DNA from: Candidatus Saccharimonadota bacterium
Lineage (GTDB): Bacteria > Patescibacteriota > Saccharimonadia > Saccharimonadales > Saccharimonadaceae
Assembly (NCBI GenBank): GCA_016700015.1
Contig: CP064995.1
Coordinates: forward strand, 420,001 to 452,000
Direction: 5' to 3'
DNA length: 32,000 nucleotides
The position numbers were made by a program, and so were the translations under genes. Under the pieces are notes generated by a model, which did no database searches, had not been told where the DNA came from, and saw only the letters and a program-made list of their open reading frames with translations. Position 1 is the first letter of the stretch, and each line of letters opens with the position of its first letter. Below, piece after piece: positions 25,910 to 32,000 of the stretch.

Positions 25910-26426
25910 TCGCTGGAGCAATCCGCTGATAGGTGACAAAATCCATAGGGTAGGCATTCAGCCCACGGCGAACAGGAAAGTACTCACGCTCGGTTTCGGC
26001 CCATTCGTCTGCTGGCAGCGCGGGGAAATGGGCATCACAATCTGGGAAATCCGCCGCGATCTCTGTCGCGTACAAGGTGTCGGTAAAGGGAAGCGCCGCG
26101 ATATACATCATTTGTCCGCCAATCACGATTGCCCGACGCTGCTGGTGCTCGGCGAGTTCGTAGGCCTGGCTGGGTGTTTCTACTACCGTCACACTCGGGC
26201 TATGCGAGAGGCGACGAGAACTAACAACAATATTTGTGCGCACATTGCTCGTGAGCGGAGCATCGAGTGATTCAAACGTTTTGCGCCCCATGATCAACGC
26301 CTTGCCAGACGTGAGGTTACGAAATCGCCGCATATCGGCAGACATTGTGCCATACGGCCACGGCAGGTGGTTGTGGCTACCAATTTCTCTACTACACCCA
26401 TAGGCAACAATCATTTCGTGTGTCAT
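25803..26426 (-). CDS. folA: dihydrofolate reductase with about 37-aa C-terminal tail
   Basis: EMIVAYGCSREIGSHNHLPW...FRNLTSGKALIMGRKTFESL is the DHFR signature. The start is uncertain (26426, 26414 or 26441). The 3' end overlaps thyA. Confidence 0.85.
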   Translation of the reverse strand: MTHEMIVAYGCSREIGSHNHLPWPYGTMSADMRRFRNLTSGKALIMGRKTFESLDAPLTSNVRTNIVVSSRRLSHSPSVTVVETPSQAYELAEHQQRRAIVIGGQMMYIAALPFTDTLYATEIAADFPDCDAHFPALPADEWAETEREYFPVRRGLNAYPMDFVTYQRIAPATISLQEPLSPSLENTYPPSRLKARNQRHLLRRRRG

Positions 26427-26494
26427 AGCGTATGCTATCATACTACCATCTTGAAAAATATGACAGATTACTGATGTAAAATTGTACGCCACGC

Positions 26495-26570
26495 TTGCGG
26501 TATAGCAAAACCATGAGTAGAATTAAACTAAGTGGGCGGCCTGGTAGCAGGGCCGCTTTTTGGAGGGAAT
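26495..26570 (+). promoter_or_regulatory. dcd promoter plus leader hairpin and T tract
   Basis: TTGCGG (26495-26500), 17-nt spacer, TAGAAT (26518-26523). Then GCGGCC-TGGTAGCAG-GGCCGC followed by TTTTT (about 26535-26561), immediately before RBS GGAGGG. Confidence 0.45.
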
Positions 26571-27341
26571 ATGCCACAGGTGAGGATAGAACAGGGCAGA
26601 GTAGTGCCGCAGGGAGGGGTATTTAGCGACCTTGAAATTCAAGCCGGGCTTGAAGTCGGGCATATTATTTGCGAGCCAGCACCCAGTGCTATTAATGGAT
26701 CAAGTATCGATGTTAGCCTGGGCTATTACTTCTACCATGCCAAGGGAAACGAGGGTGGCGACAACTTGTTTAACCCGTTTGACGAAGCGGATGTGCGACG
26801 CTACTATGGCGACTACTACGAAGCGAAGCCGTGGGCAGCTGTACGACGAAAAATCGGCAATAGCAGTGTAGCTTCAATCGAGCACCTAGCCAACATTCCC
26901 GATGATCACCCAGTTATTGTGCTTCGGCCCAACGAACGAATCCTCGCTCATACGCACGAATTTATTGGCATATTGCCGCCAGGCACCACAAGCATGCAAG
27001 CCCGTAGCACTACAGGACGCATAGGAGTCAGCGCCTGCTACTGTGCTGGCTGGGGGGACCCTGGCTATGTGAACCGCTGGACGATGGAAGTCCATAACCT
27101 TAACGAAAACGAGCATGTGGTACTACCTGTAGGCTACAAACTCGCGCAAATCGTGTTTAGTAGCACCGGCCCTGTCGGTACTGAATATGCTCTAGCTAGT
27201 GGCAATTATCAAGACATCCCGAGTATCGATCTCGCTGCCATTAAAGCCGCGTGGCATCCCTCACAAATGCTGCCAAAAGCATATAAGTCAGGATTTATAT
27301 TACCAACGCCAGCGAAAGGACTGTCTAATGGCTTCAAGTAA
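26571..27341 (+). CDS. dcd: dCTP deaminase family protein (long form)
   Basis: INGSSIDVSLG, ARSTTGRIG and DPGYVNRWTMEVHN align by eye to the E. coli Dcd blocks INGATVDVRLG, GRSSLARLG and DPGWSGCIVLEFYN. Confidence 0.85.
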   Translation: MPQVRIEQGRVVPQGGVFSDLEIQAGLEVGHIICEPAPSAINGSSIDVSLGYYFYHAKGNEGGDNLFNPFDEADVRRYYGDYYEAKPWAAVRRKIGNSSVASIEHLANIPDDHPVIVLRPNERILAHTHEFIGILPPGTTSMQARSTTGRIGVSACYCAGWGDPGYVNRWTMEVHNLNENEHVVLPVGYKLAQIVFSSTGPVGTEYALASGNYQDIPSIDLAAIKAAWHPSQMLPKAYKSGFILPTPAKGLSNGFK

Positions 27342-28014
27342 TAAAGAATTCGGTAAATATTTTGTCATTGAAGGCAACGACGGCACTGGCAAATCAACCC
27401 AAGCTGAGCTGCTCGGCCAGTACCTGCAGAACCAACTCGGCATCGAAACCTTCGTGACGCATGAACCGGGCGGCGTGCCGATTGCCGATGCACTGCGCGA
27501 AATAATCAAAAATGGCGAACTGGAGCGCGATGCCGATACCAACATCCTCATGTTTACCGCCGCACGGCACGAGATTTGGAAACGTGCTCGCCAATCTCTT
27601 CAACTCGGGCACTATGTTATCAGTGCGCGAAATTATTATTCGACTATCGCCTACCAAGCAATTGCTGAACGAACAGGTAGTTTCTTGCAAGCTATGGAAA
27701 AAGCCGACGAAATCGTGGCTCTCACACGTCAATATACCGATGATCTCTATATGACACCAGATGGACTCGTCGTCCTCCAGATGCCGACGTTCACAAGGCG
27801 CCTGAATATTGGCAGCCGCGGCAGAGTAGACACGCCCGACACGTTTGAGTCACGTGGTGACGAATTTCAACACCGAGTCGACGATGGGTATGATTATGTT
27901 GCCGAGAAATTCAACGCTGTCCGAATCGACACAGTAGGTAGAGACAATCGTCAAAAAACAATCGAAGAAGTGCATATCGAGATACGCAAAGCATTTGGCT
28001 TTGACGCGAAATAG
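27328..28014 (+). CDS. tmk: thymidylate kinase
   Basis: KYFVIEGNDGTGKSTQAELL P-loop. ATG 27328 lies behind GAAAGGA and overlaps the dcd end by 14 nt. Confidence 0.9.
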   Translation: MASSNKEFGKYFVIEGNDGTGKSTQAELLGQYLQNQLGIETFVTHEPGGVPIADALREIIKNGELERDADTNILMFTAARHEIWKRARQSLQLGHYVISARNYYSTIAYQAIAERTGSFLQAMEKADEIVALTRQYTDDLYMTPDGLVVLQMPTFTRRLNIGSRGRVDTPDTFESRGDEFQHRVDDGYDYVAEKFNAVRIDTVGRDNRQKTIEEVHIEIRKAFGFDAK

Positions 28015-28016
28015 AT

Positions 28017-29069
28017 TTAGTGTTTTTCTAGGCCAGCGATAAGAGATGCGTAGACCGTATCGCGAGCATCTTTATCGGGGATTTTAAGCAGTACTTTGGC
28101 ATTTTCTTGCCCTATGAGCGCTACGTCGTAGTCGGCGAGAGCGGCGGCGACCGCCTTTGCGCCAACAATTGGGTGGAAATCGGCCGAACGCTCGTGGTAA
28201 TTCAACCGATCTTTGTAATCATAGCTGCGCAAATAATAGCTAACGCTCAGCGGCTGCGCATTGATGAAGAGCTCTTCGCCACTAGGGAGCGTAACAAGCT
28301 GAAGGTTCGACTGCACGTCAACGAGTTCAACATCATCTGCGAGCAATACCACCGTAGCCTTACGTATAAGTTCGAACCTATTACCAGGAGTATTAACCTC
28401 AGCTGCGACACGTTTTTGTACTAAAACACCCGTGTCATCTAAGAACTGCCAGCTGCCAAAATCGCCGCCTTCGGGGTTTCGCCAGCCTATGACAGCCCGA
28501 CCAGCCTTCTGGAGATCCATTAGCTGCTGCTGCACCTGTGTGTCGAGCTCGGCAAGTTGCGCCTGGCTGAATGGCAGTGTTAATTTATGAGTTTCAACAC
28601 TTGTCATTTCAGGGTACTCAGCTATCAGCGCTACAAGTTCAGCAAACGATGCCACACCAGCGCGTGCATCTTGGATAGTCTCTAGCATAGCAGCTGATGG
28701 CCTACGGGCGTGAACTGCTGCATATAGCCGTTCGTAACCAACACTATTATGGCTGCACCGAATGGTAATTTGTTTTTCGATTTCATCAACAATTTTCGTA
28801 AAGTAAGGTTCTGGCACACCCGCTGCCTGACACATGCTAAGTACCCGCGCCCTAAGGCTAATCTTTGCTGCTTCAGTATAAAGCGCACCCCCAGCTAGCT
28901 TGACAGCGTATGGGTCGAGTGGCGTCGGCAAATAATTAACAGCATCGTCGTTAGTATCTGGCATATCCCACGCTAGCGTGACCGGCTGATTAAGTACGTC
29001 GATATCGCTACTAGGCGCCTGGGCTGCTTCGGTGTATTCACAGCCCAACATTTTTATTACTCTTTTCAT
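28017..29069 (-). CDS. hypothetical protein (350 aa)
   Basis: Long ORF with no known motif. TGcTATAAT lies 10 nt upstream of ATG 29069. An alternative start is at 29051. Confidence 0.55.
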   Translation of the reverse strand: MKRVIKMLGCEYTEAAQAPSSDIDVLNQPVTLAWDMPDTNDDAVNYLPTPLDPYAVKLAGGALYTEAAKISLRARVLSMCQAAGVPEPYFTKIVDEIEKQITIRCSHNSVGYERLYAAVHARRPSAAMLETIQDARAGVASFAELVALIAEYPEMTSVETHKLTLPFSQAQLAELDTQVQQQLMDLQKAGRAVIGWRNPEGGDFGSWQFLDDTGVLVQKRVAAEVNTPGNRFELIRKATVVLLADDVELVDVQSNLQLVTLPSGEELFINAQPLSVSYYLRSYDYKDRLNYHERSADFHPIVGAKAVAAALADYDVALIGQENAKVLLKIPDKDARDTVYASLIAGLEKH

Positions 29070-29124
29070 TCGGTGACATATTATAGCACAGTTCGCAAGT
29101 TTATTCTTGAACTGATAAATGATA

Positions 29125-29328
29125 TTGAAAATAATGAGGCTAGCTGCTATACTCCATTGTAGACATTACCAAAGACAGTAGCGGGCCAGTGTGCCGATAA
29201 GAATGCTACCGAGGGAATTACACTTTTTCCATGGTCTTTGGTGAGCGCCAAAGATTTTTTGTTGCTCACCATATGTCGAAACTTAACAATGTGGTCGAAT
29301 ACCAAATCAAAGTAAAGGAACTCTATCT
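29125..29328 (+). promoter_or_regulatory. rplJ promoter and L10-leader-like attenuator
   Basis: TTGAAA (29125-29130), 17-nt spacer, TATACT (29148-29153). ACCAAAGAC (29168-29176) can pair with GTCTTTGGT (29234-29242). Alternatively, TCTTTGG (29235-29241) pairs with CCAAAGA (29248-29254), followed by TTTTTT (29255-29260). Confidence 0.65.
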
Positions 29329-29853
29329 ATGGCTATTAGCAAAGATAAGAAACAAGCTTTGGTCGGTGAACTAAGCGAGCTATTCGCAAACGCAAAAGGC
29401 ACGGCTGTTGCAAAGTACCAGGGTATCAGCGTCGCTGATCTGCAGGCACTGCGCAAAAGCGCCCGCGAGGCTGGTGTGACAATTAAAGTTGTCAAGAACC
29501 GCCTAGTGCGCGTTGCAATGGGCGACAATGCTACCTACAAAGGCGCATCTACCGATGCACTTGTGGGTCAGCTGCTCTACGCATTTAGCGATAGCGATGA
29601 AGTCATGCCAGCAAAGGTGCTGAACGACTTTGCCAAAACCCATCCCGAGCTCAGTCTTGTGGCGGGCTTCAGTGGCGAAGGCGTCACGCAGTCTGCTGCC
29701 GATGTCACCGCGCTTGCTGGCTTGCCAAGCAAGAACCAGCTTATCGCCGAAGTGGTGGCGCAATTGCTTTCACCAGTTCACGATGTCACCAATGCACTCT
29801 CTGGCAACCTCCATGCGTTGCTCGACGGTGTCGAAGCCAAAGCTGCAGCGTAA
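29329..29853 (+). CDS. rplJ: 50S ribosomal protein L10
   Basis: 174 aa. The sequence KQALVGELSELFANAKGTAVAKYQGISVADLQALRKSAREAGVTIKVVKN is L10-typical. Confidence 0.95.
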   Translation: MAISKDKKQALVGELSELFANAKGTAVAKYQGISVADLQALRKSAREAGVTIKVVKNRLVRVAMGDNATYKGASTDALVGQLLYAFSDSDEVMPAKVLNDFAKTHPELSLVAGFSGEGVTQSAADVTALAGLPSKNQLIAEVVAQLLSPVHDVTNALSGNLHALLDGVEAKAAA

Positions 29854-29868
29854 GCTGCAAACATCATT

Positions 29869-29883
29869 CACCCCCTAAAGCCG
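29869..29883 (+). repeat. 15-mer CACCCCCTAAAGCCG, copy 1 (after rplJ)
   Basis: Exact 15-mer, followed by hairpin CGGTA-CCCG-TACCG, CGTTG and TACGGCGGG. Confidence 0.8.
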
Positions 29884-29956
29884 GTACCCGTACCGTTGCC
29901 TACGGCGGGCTGGACAATTCATCAATCGATAACTATCCCATGAAAGGACACTTGAC

Positions 29957-30337
29957 ATGGCAGACGTAAAGAAACTTGCAGAAGAGCTTACAAAGCTTAC
30001 TGTACTTGAAGTAAACGAACTAAAGAACGTCCTCAAAGACGAATACGGCATTGAGCCAGCTGCTGCTGCAGTTGCTGTTGCTGCCGGCCCAGCTGCTGAC
30101 GCTGGCGCTGCAGCTGCAGACGAAAAAACTGAATTCACCGTCAACCTGAAAGACGGTGGGGCACAAAAAGTTGCCGTCATCAAAGCAGTTAAAGAAATCA
30201 CCGGCCTTGGCCTTGGTGAGGCAAAAGCACTAGTCGACAACGTACCAAGTGTTATTCTTGAAAAAGCCAGCAAAGACGACGCCGAAAACGCCAAGAAGCT
30301 TCTTGAAGAAGCTGGCGCAGCTGTCGAGCTCGCGTAG
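29957..30337 (+). CDS. rplL: 50S ribosomal protein L7/L12
   Basis: 126 aa. Ala-rich hinge and C-terminal domain [24 protein letters not shown]. Confidence 0.95.
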   Translation: MADVKKLAEELTKLTVLEVNELKNVLKDEYGIEPAAAAVAVAAGPAADAGAAAADEKTEFTVNLKDGGAQKVAVIKAVKEITGLGLGEAKALVDNVPSVILEKASKDDAENAKKLLEEAGAAVELA

Positions 30338-30347
30338 TAAGTTATAC

Positions 30348-30362
30348 CACCCCCTAAAGCCG
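30348..30362 (+). repeat. 15-mer CACCCCCTAAAGCCG, copy 2 (after rplL)
   Basis: Exact 15-mer, followed by hairpin CGATGC-TAC-GCATCG, CGTTG and TACGGGGCG. Confidence 0.8.
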
Positions 30363-30476
30363 ATGCTACGCATCGTTGTACTTTACGGGGCGACCACATT
30401 TGTTGATGCAATAGCCACTCTGTAGTGATACGGGGTGGTTTTGTATTGTGGGGTAGTCTCAGGTAGGTCAAAATGC

Positions 30477-30505
30477 TTGACTTTTTATGATTGTCGTGCT
30501 ATAAT
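30477..30505 (+). promoter_or_regulatory. consensus promoter of the GC-rich cassette after rplL
   Basis: TTGACT (30477-30482), 17-nt spacer, TATAAT (30500-30505). Confidence 0.7.
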
Positions 30506-30544
30506 GGTATATAGTAAGCCATAATCCATCTAGTAAGGAGCACC

Positions 30545-31192
30545 GTGGCTCGTACCAGCACAGCCCGTCGTCCGCAGTCGCCGAAGAGCATCGCTGTCGT
30601 CCGCCATCGTGCGGCCGCCAACCGCGCCGCGTTCATGGCGAAGATCGTGGTGTTCGACGAGCACGGCAACCTTGTCGAAGACAGCTCACACCCGAAGGCG
30701 GGTGTGAAGTACGACAAGTGGCGCAAGCAGGGCCGGGCAGAGAAGCGCGCCCGGCGCCAGGACCAGATGGCCGTCTTCACCCTCGCTGAGGGCGTGGCGG
30801 ACACGGTCGACTGGCGCCCGCCGCGGGCGTATCGCAACTCGCTCACTTCCCGTGAGCGGTTCCGCATCGCCAAGTGGGAGCGCGAAGCGCGCCGCCGCGA
30901 GGCAGAGTGGTGTCGGCAGGACGCCGAGATGCTCGCCGCCATGGACAAGGCGATGGCCTTTGTCGAAGACAAGGAGCCCATCGCCCCAGTCGCCCCCGAG
31001 CGCAACTTCGGCCTGGCAATGCGCCAGCGAGCCGAGCACGAACGGCATGCATGGACACCCCGGCCCGACAGGCCGCGAGTCGTGCTGCCGCCGCACCTGC
31101 GGGTGCCGGAGGACGAAGAGCGCCGCGTCACCGGCTACCGCGGTGGGCGAACTCGCCACCAGCAGGCTCGGCTCACCTCGGGCGCCTTCTAG
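30545..31192 (+). CDS. very GC-rich, Arg-rich hypothetical protein (215 aa)
   Basis: GTG 30545 lies behind TAAGGAG. Third positions are almost all G/C in this frame only. A hand-counted 60-nt sample is about 68 % GC. The four overlapping ORFs in other frames are GC artefacts. Confidence 0.6.
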   Translation: MARTSTARRPQSPKSIAVVRHRAAANRAAFMAKIVVFDEHGNLVEDSSHPKAGVKYDKWRKQGRAEKRARRQDQMAVFTLAEGVADTVDWRPPRAYRNSLTSRERFRIAKWEREARRREAEWCRQDAEMLAAMDKAMAFVEDKEPIAPVAPERNFGLAMRQRAEHERHAWTPRPDRPRVVLPPHLRVPEDEERRVTGYRGGRTRHQQARLTSGAF

Positions 31193-31201
31193 GCGCCACT
31201 A

Positions 31202-31250
31202 CGGCCCGACCGTTCCTTTCCCTACAGGGATTGGAGCGGCCGGGTCGTTT
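31202..31250 (+). terminator. hairpin terminator
   Basis: CGGCCCGACCGTTCC pairs with GGAGCGGCCGGGTCG (15 positions, with two GU pairs and one mismatch), followed by TTT. Confidence 0.5.
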
Positions 31251-31427
31251 CATTTGTGGCATAGCAAACTTACACAGAACATGGTCTAGCCACATATAAA
31301 AATTACAACGACTTTTATTTTACCTCATATTACCGTGTGGAAAATTTCGGGGTTGACACCACGCCTCGCACGCGGTATATAATGAGGGTATTACTACACA
31401 AAACAGACAAGGATTGCGAGAACTAAT

Positions 31428-31943
31428 ATGTCTGAATTACCAGAAAAACAAGTCAAGCGGCTCAAGTCGCTCATTCAGGAAGCAGAAACCAACCTAGCGG
31501 CCGCTAAAGAGCTGCTGATTAGTATTATCGGCGATGATGGAACCGTGGTCACGCCTACCAGTAGCCGCGAAGAAGTCAGTGGTAAAGTGATCGAAGGCGT
31601 GTTTGACGGCCAGGTCATGATCGGCCCAGACGGCAAAAGCTACCCCGTGCCCGCCAACTACGCAAGCAAGAGTAAGCTGGTTGAAGGTGACATACTGAAG
31701 CTCACCATCGCCGACGATGGCGGCTTTATTTACAAGCAAATCGGTCCGATCCCACGCAAGCAAGTGATTGGTACACTCGTTCAACACGACGGTGCCTACT
31801 ATGTCGAAGCGAGCGGCCGCGAGTACCACATTCTGCTTGCCAGCGTGACCTATTTCCGTATCAATATTGGCGACCAAGTCACCATCATCATTCCCGAAGA
31901 CAACCCAGACGCTACCTGGGCAGCTGTCGAAGCAGCACTCTAG
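31428..31943 (+). CDS. hypothetical protein (171 aa) in native-type composition
   Basis: The promoter is TTGACA-17-TATATA (about 31354-31382). N-terminal helix, then beta-rich repeats. No motif I can name. Confidence 0.6.
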   Translation: MSELPEKQVKRLKSLIQEAETNLAAAKELLISIIGDDGTVVTPTSSREEVSGKVIEGVFDGQVMIGPDGKSYPVPANYASKSKLVEGDILKLTIADDGGFIYKQIGPIPRKQVIGTLVQHDGAYYVEASGREYHILLASVTYFRINIGDQVTIIIPEDNPDATWAAVEAAL

Positions 31944-32000
31944 CCGCACGTCGCATCACACATTTGGCACACCTGCTGTATTTGCATGTGTGTCTTTTTG

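Noticed and set aside
24944-27341. Phage-style DNA hypermodification pathway (ThyA-like hydroxymethylase plus dCTP deaminase)
   Set aside because: ThyA shows the canonical thymidylate synthase blocks and is paired with DHFR and Tmk. Ordinary dTMP synthesis explains the genes.
29875-30471. 198-aa minus-strand ORF antisense to rplL
   Set aside because: It is the mirror of the Ala-rich L7/L12 coding sequence. rplL is unambiguous, and the antisense ORF has no promoter or RBS.
30499-31299. ORFs 30499-31131(-), 30686-31159(-), 30843-31058(-), 30852-31289(+) and 30874-31299(+)
   Set aside because: These are shadow frames of the 30545-31192 gene. Only that frame follows the promoter and the TAAGGAG RBS.
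1-32000. CRISPR arrays, rRNA genes, prophage structural genes, integrase
   Set aside because: I scanned the intergenic regions and found no regularly spaced direct repeats, no rRNA-like sequence and no recombinase other than the IS30 transposase.

Overview
This 32-kb fragment looks like it comes from a small-genome, Gram-positive-type bacterium. The evidence is an LPXTG surface protein, a VanY peptidase, consensus sigma-70 promoters and many orphan genes. A Saccharibacteria/CPR-like origin is my guess only.

The backbone is the canonical array tRNA-Trp, secE, nusG, rplK, rplA, rplJ, rplL. All members are on the + strand and in the conserved order. However, every junction is wedged apart by accessory DNA:
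- 5.9 kb between tRNA-Trp and secE
- 5.8 kb between nusG and rplK
- 5.1 kb between rplK and rplA
- 7.6 kb between rplA and rplJ
- 1.1 kb after rplL

Each ribosomal-protein gene now has its own near-consensus promoter, and most have a terminator.

The islands carry:
- a GH57/glycosyltransferase pair, an LPXTG adhesin-like protein, a P-loop kinase, a DUF45-type metallohydrolase and an orphan PAS histidine kinase
- an ABC exporter and a protein with a degenerate class III nucleotidyl-cyclase signature
- tRNA-Pro and a VanY-type peptidase
- an intact IS30-family element
- a thymidylate module (PRTase-like, HIT, thyA, folA, dcd, tmk)
- about eight orphan genes

The most striking pattern is a series of visibly GC-rich ORFs. 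Hand-counted 60-nt samples give about 62-68 % GC, against about 48 % in nusG. Each sits behind an AT-rich consensus promoter and ahead of its own terminator, and the proteins are membrane, secreted or highly charged helical types with no recognisable enzyme motif. Two of these cassettes share a homologous promoter-hairpin-RBS module.

Other signals:
- a duplicated tRNA-Trp 3' end bracketing a hairpin-dense 168-bp spacer
- a terminator/antiterminator leader upstream of rplJ
- an approximately 107-aa HeH-like N-terminal extension on L1
- a 15-mer repeated after rplJ and after rplL
- at least seven apparently leaderless genes

No CRISPR array or rRNA was seen. All domain calls come from motif recognition by eye. 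No database search was possible.
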